Shown here: positions 50,600 to 63,600 of the stretch, in pieces
How positions within the stretch are numbered: the first letter of the stretch is position 1
Layout: each line of letters opens with the position of its first letter
NCBI RefSeq assembly: GCF_028641065.1
Contig: NC_073394.1
Location: 34,100,001 to 34,164,000 of the forward strand
Reading direction: 5' to 3'
Length of the DNA stretch: 64,000 nt
From: Leucoraja erinacea
Taxonomy: Eukaryota
Program-made: the position numbers and the translations under genes
Notes under the pieces: model-generated
Database searches by the model: none
What the model was told of the DNA's origin: nothing
What the model saw: only the letters and a program-made list of their open reading frames with translations

Positions 50600-53500
50600 T
50601 GTAGATGACATGTGCATGTACCTTTAACATAGTGACCTCACCACTACTAACCACTCCCCACATCACGTATAATTACAACCTTCCAACCCATTGGTCCCTC
50701 TCTCTAGTTCCGGTGACAGACCACGAACAGCTAGGGCAGCAACGTATGTGTATCATGAATAAACAGTAGTAAAGTCACAGTGTGTTATGACTCCTCTTTA
50801 CATAGTGTCACAATTTTACCTTTGCGCCTCCCATCTGTCGGGTTTTCTTTACTTTTGACCCAGTTCCCCATTGTGTTTTTTTGTATCTCCCGTGCCATGG
50901 TTATTTCTTGCCGTAAACCCGATATGCTTGTCTTCGACTCAGACATTGCCCATCGGTGGGGTGTCTTTAGACATGACTTCCAACACTATGTAACGATCGC
51001 CCATCCTGCTGCCACCCCTGCGACACAGGCTTCTCTGCTTCTCAACCTGGCTGGTACCGATGCCCTGGAACGGTCTTAGTCGTTTGTCTATGGTGCATGT
51101 GAAGATGCTCGGGACCCGGTATGTCTTATGGTTAAGTTTACCGCAATGTGCGACATCCCCACTAACTGCATTCTAGAGCGTTTTAAAATGTTCACCCGGC
51201 GTCAGATCCCTGGAGAGTCAATCGATAACTATATCGCCGCATTGCGTTGCCGCCTGGACGCGCTGACCCCCGATCAACTGACCCGGGACATTCTAGTGTA
51301 TGGCCTTCAGGATGAAAAACTAAGGGCTGAACTTCTGCGGAAGCACGACCTGTCTTTGGACAAGGCTCTGCACGCCTCCCGCATGGCTGAGGCTGTCGCC
51401 TCGGCGGTGTCGCCTGCCGATCATGACATTAACTTTACCAGTGTTGCTGTCCGCCGGCAGTACGCTGGCCCGCAACGGCAACGGGGTTCCCCTGCACCCG
51501 GGGGTAGCAGCCCACAGCGTTGCCCCAACTGCAACTTTGCCTCCCATCAGTTTAATGTGTGCCCTGCACTGGGCAAAACGTGTAACTTTTGCAGGAAATT
51601 AAACCATTTCTCTGCCGCTTGCCGCTCCCGTGGGAAGCCAGTTCCTGCTCCACGGCGAATGTTAAACAACCTTGCTCAAGCTGATAGCGCGCTTGGTTCA
51701 CAGTACCAGCCTGACGAACTCCCTTTGTCTGATACAAGTTCCTCCCAGGGGGAGACCAGCATATTTTCACTGTTGGATGCACCTGCACTGATAACGGACC
51801 CTTCGGTTCGTGTTACTGTCAACGGCTCGACCTTCACCGCCAAACTCGACACGGGGGCCGTGGCCAATGTAATGTCAACAAGCCTCTTCAGGAAGATAAG
51901 GACTGATGAGAAAGTTACCCCCGATAACTCCCTGTTGCATGCCTACGGGGGAGGCGTGCTCGTTCCGGTGGGGAGGGCTACCCTGCACTGCAAGGTACTG
52001 CAGGCCTCTCGGCCCCTCACTTTTTATCTACTGGATACGAACAACATCACCCTGTTGGGCACCCGGGCGTGCCAGGAGCTCGGCTTGGTCTCTTTCCACC
52101 GTGAAATCCACCAGGTGCGGACCCTTATGGACCCCCTGCGCAAATACCCTGACCGCTTTGACGACAAGCTGGGCAAGCTGCCCTGCAGCTACAAGATCGT
52201 TGTCGACCTCGGTGCTGAACCTGTGATCCGTCCAACACACCGCGTCTCCTTCGCCATGAAGGACAAGGTGGAGTCAACGCTGCTCAACATGGTTACCATG
52301 GGCATCCTGAAGGAGGTGAGCGAACCCACCTGGTGGGTCTCCACCATGGTTGTTGCTGCGAAAAAGGACAAAAGTGAAATTTGCATTTGCATCAACCCCA
52401 AGGACCTGAACCTTGCCATCAGACGCCCACACTGCCCCATGTGAACAGTGGAGGACGTCGCTGCACAGGTTGGCCCGGCCACTGTCTTCTCGTTTCTCGA
52501 TGCCAAGAGCTCCTTCTCGCAGATACCGCTGAACGAGCGGTCCTCCTACCTGACTACCTTCAGCACGCACTTCGGCAGGTTCCGATTCCTCCGCATGCCA
52601 TTTGGGATCAACTCTGCCAGTGAGGTCTTCCAGCGGACGATGGAGCAGCTGTTCGCCAGTCTACCGTGTGCCATCATCGTTGACGACATCCTGGTCTACG
52701 GTAAGGACATTGCAGAGCACGACCTCCACCTCCGTCAAGTCCTGGACCGGGCCCGTGAAATCAACCTCAAACTCAACCCAAAGAAGTGCCGTTTCCACGT
52801 CCCGGAGGTCACCTATGTGGGTCACGTTTTTACGGCATCGGGGCTGAAGCCTGACCCGCAGAAGACGGCTGCGGTCTCCGGGATGTCTTCGCCCACCGAC
52901 GTGCCCAGCCTGCAGCATTTCCTGGGCATGGTTAATTACCTGGGGAAGTTCATCCCCGACCTCAACGAGCTGAGCGCACCCCTGAGGGAGTTGATCAAGA
53001 AGGACACTGCCTGGGCCTGGTTCCCACATCACCAGAAAGCTTTTGACGTTCTGAAGTCCAGGCTGGCCAGTACCCCCACTCTCCAATTCTTCGATCTACA
53101 GCGTCCCATTGTTCTTACCTGCGACGCCTCCAAGTTCGGTCTTGGTGCTGCTTGCCTACAGCTCCATGATGGCCTGCAGCTGCCTGTTTCCTACACGTCC
53201 CGCACCATGACCCCTGCCGAGCAGCGCTATGCTCAGATAGAGAAGGAGCTGCTTGCTGTGGTGTTTGCCTGCTCCAAGTTCTAGGACAATATTCTGGGCA
53301 ACAGCTTCACGATCGAGACCGACCACCAGCCGCTGGTCTCTATCCTCAACAAACCGATCCACGTTGCTTCGTCCCATTTGCAGCGCATGATGCTACAGCT
53401 CCAGCGTTTGACGTTCAGAATTGTATATCGCAAGGGCAAGGACATGTTCATGGCCAACACGCTGTCTCGCGCACCGCTAACGTCCACCGATCGCCATCCA

Positions 53501-55275
53501 TATGAATCGTCTGACCTGATGGTGCTTAACGTTAACATTGTACCTTCCCAGCAGATGCAGTCCCTGGTCAGCAACACTGCCAAGGACCCTGCCCTGCAGC
53601 ATCTTGCCGACGTCACCCGGCAGGGCTGGCCAGACCGTTGTTCATCCTAGCCGGCTGGTACCGTGCCCTACTTCCTGGTCCATGACGAGCTCGTGCTGCA
53701 CGATGGCGTGGTCGTGAAGGGACACAAGGTCGTTGTGCCTGCTGCGCTGCGGGACCAATACTTTCAGACCGGCCACCGCGGTCATCCTGGGGCCGAGGCC
53801 ACTCTGTCTCAGGCCCAGAGTCTGTTCTACTGGCCCGGCATGGCCCAAGACATCCGGGAGAGGGTCTCCGCCTGCTCTATCTGCAATAGCCTCGCTCTCC
53901 ATCAGCAACGGCAGCCGCTTCTGCAACAGCCTGCCCCCGAGCTGCCCTGGATGGCCGTCGCCACTGACATTTTCGAGTGGCGTGGCAAGCACTTCCTGAT
54001 CCTTGTTGACTCGTACTCCAGCTGGTTCGAGATTGACCAGCTGCACTCCCTCACCTCTTCGGCCTTTATCGGGAAGCTGCGCCACCACTTCTCAACCTTT
54101 GGCTCCCCGGCAAGTCTTCAATCGGACAACGGCAGCCAGTTCTCAAGTGCCGAATTTCGGAGTTTCGTTGCCAGCTGGAACTTCCGACACTATACCAGCA
54201 GCCCAGAGTGCCCGCAAAGCAACGGCTTGGCAGAGCGCGCTGTCCGCAGTGTTAAGGACTTGCTGGAACACTGTAGACTGTCCCATTCTGTCTTTTACCT
54301 GGCCCTCCTCAACCTTCGAAACATCTCCCGCAACCCTGCCTTGGGCTCGCCAGCACAGCGACTGATGTCTCGCACTACGAGACCTCCGATCCCGGTGACC
54401 CAGCAGTCCCTCGTGCCCTCTGTTCTCCAGCCCGCTGCCGTCCAGGAGCACATTGCCCTCAAGCAAGAAATCCAAAAGCGCTCCCACGACAAGTCCTGCC
54501 GTCACCTCCCGCATCTGTTCCCTGGCCAAGTCGTCCGGATGCAGTCCCCCTCCGGTCATTCCAGGCTTCCCATCGTCATCGGTACTGCTGGTTTGCCACG
54601 GTCCTATCTAGTCGACCATGACGGTACCATTTACCGCCGGTCCCGCCAACATCTGCAGCTTGTCAACGAGCCCCCACCACCGCCTGCCGACCCCTTTGCC
54701 CCCCCGCTGTCTGCCACGTTGCCTGCCCCTCCACGCATGCCTCGGTCCCTGCCTCCTCAGCTCTATCAGCCCCGCCCTCCAACAGCCAGTCCTCCCTTGC
54801 TTGCCCGTCTTCCCGCTGCTGCGCCTGCTTCCCCTCCCCCGTCTCCATCCTCTCAATCTCCTCCCGGGTCCCCGGTTCGCTCACCTGCACCTGCTCCTAC
54901 TCCTGTTCTTCCTGCAGAGGGGGGAGATGGCGAGCTGCTTACCCTGTCCGTGCGGGTGGTCAAGCCGCCTGTCCGTTGTGGTGATTTTGCTTAATTGTTT
55001 GCTTACCTGCTCGTAGCGTATGAGACGTGGTCGCCCTGTCACTACTGTATTGCTTTTCATTTCCAAGGGGAAGGATGTAGATGACATGTGCATGTACCTT
55101 TAACATAGTGACCTCACCACTACTAACCACTCCCCACACGTATAATTACAACCTTCCAACCCATTGGTCCCTCTCTCTAGTTCCGGTGACAGACCACGAA
55201 CAGCTAGGGCAGCAACGTATGTGTATCATGAATAAACAGTAGTAAAGACACAGTGTGTTATGACTCCTCTTTACA
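50600..55275 (+). mobile_element. Full-length Gypsy (Mag-type) LTR retrotransposon
   Basis: LTRs 50600-50802 and 55076-55275 (TG..CA), 5-bp TSD ATGTT, degenerate PBS tagtgtcaca, PPT aaggggaagga. Confidence 0.97.
50897..54994 (+). pseudogene. Single-frame gag-pol of the Gypsy element with four premature stops
   Basis: All ORF pieces are in one frame from GCCATGG. Two zinc knuckles, protease LDTGA, RT IVDD, RH CDAS, integrase. Stops at 51077, 52442, 53282 and 53648. Confidence 0.92.
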
Positions 55276-55904
55276 ATGTTCATGATGGAAATAAGAATAC
55301 TCTGTATATTCATTACCTTTGAATTGTAATTGTATGTAATCCTCCCATAATTTCTGAGTTCCATTTCACAATATCTATCAGCCATACAGAATGTTGCAAG
55401 GTAATACCTTGCCCAAACTCAGTTGTATCTTTCTATCAATAAATATCACAAAATATGCCATTGTTTCAGCCACATTATGCCAAAATATAGAATGTAGGTT
55501 ATTTGTTATCAATAATCCCATCCCAGAAACAACAGTACTTAAAGAACATTTGCGAGCGTGTACCATAGGTTGATCCATATCCAACAAAATGTTGTGATAA
55601 TTGCATAAAATGTATTATTGTCTAAGAAATTTTGTGTGGAATGATAATCCATCTCAGTACTCATTTAGGCAAGTCCCAAGCTATAGATACTTTTCCCCCA
55701 CCCCAATCCCCCTCGCCCGATCTTCATTGAACCTACCATTTGACTAATATTTTACTCAGCTGCTGTAACGTTTCCTTCCTATCAAAATCTCTGTAGCATC
55801 TTTGTCCCTATCTTCCAATTCCCACTGAAATAAAATACAAAACTTTCGACAAATATTTAGCAGCAGGATCGCTATATAAATGCAAATATATGGTATTTTA
55901 TCCT

Positions 55905-56597
55905 AGCATCCCCCCCCCCCCCCCCCCCTGACCACCGCACAAGAAGCGTAACTTGAAGCGTTACATTTGGTGACGTTCGAAATGGACCAGGAATGAAAAT
56001 TAATAGCTATTAATCGATTAACAGCGAGCTACGAGGTTAGATTGACATACCTGTCAGAGGGCTAAGAAACAATCCTGAGTTGACGGCGTATTGTTTTAAG
56101 TGAGCATTTTGCAGTGACCTCACCTTATATTCTGGTAAAATATTCCTCATTGTCCTTCTGGAATTCCTTTTCAGAATTTGAACCACATATCGGCAGGAAA
56201 GACACTGCCGGTTCTTATGGGGCCCAAATAACATTTTCGCAACGTAAAATTAGATTAAAGTCATCCCAAGAAGCAAGATTATATGTAAAATATATACGAC
56301 TTACCCTTTGTTTTGTCCAGTTCTTGCGATCCGTCACATTGTAGGCGTTGAGGGCATTAGAAGTCGCTTTTTATTTTAATCCAATTATTAAATTATTAAA
56401 ATGATTAAAAAACGAGAACGATTGATTTTTCTTCAGCAGCTAGCAGCCTGAGGAAATCCGCCTCCGACAAGCAGTACAAAACCTGGATTTTAATCCCGCC
56501 CCCCTCTCACCCCTCAAAGGTCACAAGAGTCGCACCAAGGCCAGTGGCAGGCAGAACTGCAGCGCCGCTGAAGGAAGGTTTTGTAACATCGGTACCT
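55905..56597 (-). mobile_element. Non-autonomous DNA-transposon-like repeat
   Basis: Terminus gcagaactgcagcgccgctgaaggaaggttttgtaacatcggtacct and the subterminal sequence are related to 42797-43110. Confidence 0.5.
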
Positions 56598-56719
56598 CAT
56601 GTTTCCCAAATTGAGGAACTAACTAGCTGAGAACAAATTTTGGTATTAAAGAAAAATTAATTAAGATTTCAAAAATACAAATATTAATTTAGGTTTTCAT
56701 TTTAACTGTTCCTTTTTAG

Positions 56720-56898
56720 CTGCTGGTCAAATATAGGATATAATAGACGAATACAGGTTACTTCACTCCAAAGATATGGTTGTACAATTCGAGGGATAAT
56801 ACAACATGAGTTATTACATACTATTGGTTTTAATCACGAGCAAAATAGAAGTGACCGTGATACATACGTGACCATCCTATTTGATAAGATTATCAAAG
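56720..56898 (+). CDS. Astacin-family metalloprotease exon with catalytic zinc-binding motif
   Basis: tttttag| acceptor and |gtaaga donor; 179 bp, phase 2-1. Translates CWSNIGYNRRIQVTSLQRYGCTIRGIIQHELLHTIGFNHEQNRSDRDTYVTILFDKIIK. HExxHxxGFxHExxRxDRD at 56805-56861; joins the previous exon as ..GDG-CWS... Confidence 0.96.
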
Positions 56899-57642
56899 GT
56901 AAGAATGCTTAAAATTTATGTTTACAACTGTTGAACATTAAACGTGATATGGCTAATTAGTGATGAAAAGTAAATATTTGGGATCATTAATAAATGGTAA
57001 AATATTATAAATTGGTATTTCCTGCATTTTACTGGTATGTACTAGTTGCAAATAAATAGATTCAGGAAAATGTAGCTAGGATTGGATTAGAGAATGCAAG
57101 ACATTATGTTTTGATATTTATGATACCTAGGAATAAGGAACATTTATCCTCACTTATCGCTAACTTAGTTATTGAGGTGATCACTACTTATTGGTAAAAG
57201 ATCATTCCCCTGAGCTAATGGTGGAACTTTTCTGCTGTGTCAATCTTGGCTCTACACAGAAGGTAAACAGCAGACCATCACACATTTACAAGTGTACATT
57301 GTAATTTTTAACTAATTTATTCATGGATAATAAATATATTCTCATCATTCCTAATAGTTCCTTTAACAGCTAGACTTAGTTTGATCAATCTCTCATAGAT
57401 ATGAATATATAAAATGGATTTCCCCCTTTTTTAAGTATACTAAACATTGGCTGCATCTAGGATCCACACAGAAACTGGTAAAATCACACAAATACAGTAG
57501 CGATTTTCATTTTGAATCATATGCCCAAAAGTAACCGATGTTCCCTTCACAAGCTGCTGGAAAAGCCAACGGTTTTTATGACATTGCTACATTGATAACT
57601 GGAAAGAGCATCTGATCTTAAAGGGAGTTGACTTCCCAGCAT

Positions 57643-60600
57643 AATAGTAAGATTAAACGAGAACTTACCAGTTTGAAGTTTGATCTTTATTTTATGAGGA
57701 GTTACGATGAGGGACTAATTGAAGAACCCCGTCCAGCCGCACGTGCATCAATCTTCAAAGCAGCGGTGTGAAATCACAGGTAATAGTGACTGAAGTATAA
57801 TAGTAAAATAAAAGAAGACTAGAACTACCAGATGACATTTATGAGGGTTGGGAGCGGAGGGCACGTAGTCCCTCATCGAAACTCCTCATAAAATAAAGAT
57901 CAAACTTCAAACTGGTAGGTTCTCGTTTAATCTTACTATTTTACTTTGGAGTCACGTGAGTGACTACGTGAAGATTTTGATTTAAATCTTTTTATTTGAA
58001 TTTCACAGCAATTTGCATACATACAATGATAACAGACAGTGACAGTCAAGGCATAATTGTGCAACAGTATGTAAGCGACCCTCAAAGCCCTTACCCTTAC
58101 CCACCTTCAACCCACCCGAATCAGGTCGGAACCAAACGGGGACAAACAACACTCACATACATACACATCCACACAAATATGGTAAGATAAGCAAAACAAA
58201 AACTGCTAAAAAAAAATAATAATAAATTTTTTAAAAAGGGGGTCACTAATAACAGTAAAAAAGTAAGTAATTAAATAAATAAGTGTGGGGAGGGGGGGGG
58301 GGGGGTTAAGGGGAGAGCAGCTGCAGTAGAGCAGAACAATGGTGGAGAGCACTCAGTCCTCTTCCGAGTCCGGGGACAAGTTGAGAGAGTTAACAAGTTC
58401 CAAGAAAGGGTTCCATGTATCTAGGAATGTCTTGGTAGAGCCTTTGAGAGAGAACCTAAGTTTTTCAAGCTTTAAATTGTAAAGCACCTCCTTAATCCAG
58501 CGGGTGTGTGTCGGGGGACAGGTGAGCCTCCAGTTAAGCAAGATCAGTCTCCGGGCTAACAAGGTTGTAAAAGCTAGAACCCGTTTCACCGCAACAGAGA
58601 GGTTGGTGTTGGGAGGGGTACCGAAAATGGCTGACAGTGGGTTTGGAGGAATAGTCTGGCCGTAGGCTCTGCTTATCAAGTCGAAAGCACTCCTCCAAAA
58701 GGCTGCTAGCTTAGGGCAAGACCAAAACATATGGCTATGGTTGGCAGGGGATTGATTACATCTGTTGCAGGTGTCCCTAACAGCGGGGTAAATTCTAGAC
58801 AATCTTGCATTTGTGTAGTGGACTTTGTGAAGGACTTTGCATTGGATTAGGCCATGACGGGCACATATGGAGGAAGAATGGATCAAATCCAAGGCAGAGT
58901 CCCATTGCTGGTCTGTTAGTTTCGTATTCAGCTCACCCTCCCACGCAGCTTTTAATGAGGTATGAGGTTTCAATATAACCGACCCTAACAAGTTATACAA
59001 AACAGAGATGCATTTCTTCCGGTTGGGATCTAGAGCTAAGATGGTATCGGTCAGGGTTTCAGGGGGGCGATTTGGGAAATGGGGGAATGTCTTCTTCACA
59101 AAATCCCTAATCTGGAAAAAACTAAAAAGGTGGGAGTTTGGGAGGCTATAGTTGGACGAGAGCTCCGCAAAAGACGAAAAGATGCCATCCTTGTATAGGT
59201 TTTTGATACTACTGATACCGTTGCTATGCCAGGTTTTGAATGCGTGGTCTGTACTTGAAGGTTTAAAGATGTGGTTTTTAAGCAGTGGGGTCAAGATGGA
59301 AGGGCCTTGTAAACCAAAGTTTTTCCTGAGTTGACTCCATATCTTGAGCGAGAGGGACGCAATTGGGCCTGCACCCACAGATGTTATAGGAAGGGGGAGT
59401 TGGGAGCATAGGACAGACCGCAACGGGAGATGTGAACTCGCCTTTTCCATGTATAACCAGGTCGGTAGGTGGTCGCAATCATCATTCATCCAATACAGGA
59501 GTTTTTGCAAGTTAGCTGCTCAATAGTATCGCCTAAAGTCAGGAAGTGCCAAACCGCCGTCACTCTTAGGAGACTGCAATATCGTCTTTCGGATTCTAGC
59601 CGGTTAGCTACCCCATAAAAATTTAGATATTGTCCTTTCTAATTTATCAAAAAAAGATTTAGTGATAAGTATAGGGACGTGCTGGAAAAGATACAGGAAT
59701 TTGGGTAGGATGACCATCTTGACCAGATTTATCCGGCCCACGAGGGATAGCGGTAAAACTGACCAGCGGTCAAAATCTCTTTACGTGAAGATTTCAAAGC
59801 TCATGCCACAGACTCAAATCCCGGCCTCTCACTGCATTGATTGACTCAACATAATCAAATAATCAATAATGCATCAGCTATAACATTGCTTTAAACAAAT
59901 TAATGGTTTATTTTTACAAAAAAAACAATAGTAACACCTCTATCCCAGGGGGAAACTATATAACTGAACTTAAAACGGCAAATACCCCCAGCCTTGCAAT
60001 TGGCTTATGATAAAATATTTGGAACATCAGTTCACTGGACCATCCTGCAGCCTCGAGGATATGGTCTATAGGATCGTTCATTGTCCTGGCTGCTGAAGTT
60101 GATGCCGCCCTGGTGGAATGAGATTTAAAATTATGTCAATCCCAGTGCTTACCAGAACCTGCTTTAGCCACCTTGAAATTGTTTGCACCGACACCTTACT
60201 ATGTGTTTTTATGTGGCTAATGAACAATGTTGACATTGTTCCTCTCAGGGTTCTGGTAGCCTCAATGTAATGGTATAAACATGACACTACACACTGGCGG
60301 GAATCCTTGGGGTATGCCGAAAAGATAATCTTACACCCTGACGCCTCTATTCTACTCTGCTTGAGTAGATCATAAACATAAAAAGTGATGGCATCTGCTG
60401 ATACCTCCATCCTCTCTAGCCACAGCTTCTGTAATGTCTGCACACGTTGGGCTGATACCAACGCCATAAGCATGACCACCTTCATGGTGAGTTTGGCTAG
60501 AGATAGGACTATGACAGGAGTCCACTAGCGAAGCAGCATAAGAACTTTGCTTACATTCCAGATAACCGAATACCTGGGCTTGGGAGGATTGGAATTAAAA

Positions 60601-63600
60601 ACTCCCTTCATAAATCTAGAGACTAACGGATGTGTCCCCACTGAATGTAATTCTGACACCATGGGTAAATATGAAGACAGAGCACTTCTGGCTGTATTGA
60701 TCGCACTATAGCTTAACTTTTGATCGAAATAGAGAGTTGACAAGAACTCTAGCACATCTGGGATGCCTGCAGTTTGATATGAAATATTCTGCCGTAAGCA
60801 GAGCACCTCCCACTTTCTTATCGAAGAGATGTACTGCTTTTGGGTACTATCCCTTCAGGCCGCAGTGATAACATCCACGGTGCGATTGGATAGTCCTCTC
60901 CCCAGGTATGGTCTCCTTAGAATCTGCAAATTAACAGATCAATACGATCATGTAAAGGATGTTGATCGGCAGTTACTGGATTCACCAGTAGGTTTTTGTG
61001 TTTGGGAACAATCGTGAGGCTGAGTAGCCATCTCCAAAACATGAGCATACCATGGCTGAGTAGGCCAGTCAGGTACCGCCAATAGTCCTGCTTGATCTTT
61101 TTCAGGCATTGACAGACGAGGCAGAATGGAGGAAATACATATATGAACATGCCACCCCAGTGCAGCGAGAATGCATCGACAACTGCTGCCCCAGGATCTG
61201 GTTCCCACGAAACGTATTTAGGCAACTGGTGGTTTAGTCTGGATGCAAACAAATCGATATCTGGCATCCCAAACCGAGCAACATCATTTTCAAATATATC
61301 ATGGTTTAACGTCCACTCTATGTTGTCATTGAATTGTCGTGACCTTGTGTCTGCGACTATGTTGAATCTACCTGGTAAATGGATTGCTGAAATCCAAATG
61401 TTTCTGTCAATACACCAGCTCCAGATCTGATTAGCCAACCTATTACAAGCTTTCGACTTGACTCCACCCATATGATTCAGATATGTTACTGCAGTAGTAT
61501 TGTCAATTTGAACCTGCACATGCACCTGACCTTTGGTAAAACAATAAGTCCATTGAATGTTCCCAAAAGCTCTAAATAATTGATCCCTCGCAATTGCAGA
61601 AGAGATGCCTCATCGCTATTCCATCTGCCTCCACAGCTGGAAAACGTATCAGTAGCACCCCAACCTAGGCCACTGACATCAGTCTGTAAGACTATGGAAG
61701 GTGGGTCAACCAAAACTTCCCTGGAGCTAGTTGCAACATTCATAATCCACCATTGTATCTCAGAAATGGCTTCTGCTGGCAACTTCATAGGCCTGTCAAA
61801 ATGGCCTGCATGTGCCCTCAGTGCTTGGTCTTTTGCTTGTTGTAATTGTTGATAATGCAGAGGCCAAAACTGCACAGCTGGAAAAGCAGCCACCAGCTTA
61901 CCAATCAAGCTGGCTACCTGTCTAATTGAGGGTAGTTGTTCCTCAATAAGCTTGACACTTTCATCAATTAACTGCTTCCTTTTATCACTCGGCAGAGTTA
62001 CTAACATGTGATCTGAGTTAATGGTGAAGCCCAAGTAATCAATAACTGCTGTTAATGGTGAGTTTAACAACTGAAACAGATGATTCAGCTGCCTCCCGAG
62101 TGTTCCCTACAATCAAGATATCATCCAAATAGGCCATTACCACATGACCCCGAGTTCGGAGTAAGCCAAGAATTGGTTTTAACAAATTGGTAAACAATCT
62201 CGGAGCTGAGGTTTATCCATCAGGCAGTGCTTTGAATTGCCATTATTGACTCATCCAACTAAACTTCAAATATCTCCGATCATTACAATGAACAGACACT
62301 GAGTAATATGTATCTTTGAGGTCTATGCTTGCCATATAACACCCTTTGGAAACCAGCTGTTTAGCAGTAGAAAAGGTTTTCATTTTGAAATGTCTATACT
62401 GCACAAAAGGGTTGAGGCTCGTCAGGTCCAGAATGATTCTACACCCCCCATCCTTTTTAGACCTATGAAAAATACTTGACACAAACTGATGGGATTAACA
62501 AACCGACTTCTCAATAACCCTTTTTTTGCACAATATCTCAAGCTCTGCCTGCATCTGCATATTCTCTTTGAGTGTCCGACGTGGGACATGCTGAGTGGGC
62601 AGACTCACAGTAGGGTAGAATTCAATTCGAAACCCCTCTATACTGCCCAGCACAAACGGATCTGATGTTATCTCCTGCCATTCTTTGAGGAACAAGTGTA
62701 ACCTGCCCCCAACTTGAACATGTTTCAAAATGTCTTACCTGCACATTTCCTGACAGAACTTGCTGCCCCCGGCCCCTCGTAGGGAAAATCATCTTTGCCC
62801 TTGTGCCTGTGGCAGAATACCTGTTCAGGAATGAACGGCTCGGCTCGTTCCTTCACCAGCCCCTGTGATAGCACCCTGTCGATAGGGGAAAAACCTCCTG
62901 CCCATTTTGCTGCTTGTTGGTACTTTTATGAGGCCCACAGTTTTTGCCTCTTCATCAAGTTTCACTCACTTTGCGAGGTCCTCCCCAAACAGCAGATTCG
63001 GCGGCTGAATATTGTTAGGTTTGCAGAGTGCTGCAAATTTTGGGTGAATGGTGGGGCGTATGGCACTTTTCTTAGGCAGTTCATCTCAAAATGTGCACTG
63101 CACAGAAGCCCCAAAGCATCCTGATGAACTTCAGTCATGTGCCCCTCGTCCACCGTTCTGGAGAACGCAGTGATTCCTGCTGCAAGCAACTTGAGCACCC
63201 TCTGGAGCTTTAACTTGTGCCCGCACTGCTATCCCCATTTGTCCTCATATAACATGGTTGACCACCGGCACCTTCAACAACCCACAGTTAACCGGTGTTT
63301 CATACCTTTTAGCAGTATCGTCCATTGTCAGTTGGAGCTGATGGGAGAGCATATAATTAATGGTAGTAGCCAACTACTCCCACAATGGCTCCCCTGCTTC
63401 TCTGGGGAAAGCAAACTTAGCAGCCAAATTAGGTATAAAAACCTCTTGCCCTTCACCCTTTGGGCTTTCTTCAGCCACTAACTCGGCATCAGTATACCCC
63501 TGACCCAGCACACCCTCCTCCTCCATGAGGGGGCGATTATGCAGCCCTATTCCAGGCGCTGCTGCCACAGGCTCTCCAACAGCCTGGCGAGAACACCACT

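Noticed and set aside
52028-54890. Antisense ORFs over Gypsy pol (also at 27697-29545)
   Set aside because: Shadow ORFs of GC-rich coding sequence.
42797-56597. A single 13.8-kb DNA transposon bounded by inverted termini
   Set aside because: The ends are diverged, no shared TSD or transposase is visible, and two independent copies of related repeats is simpler.
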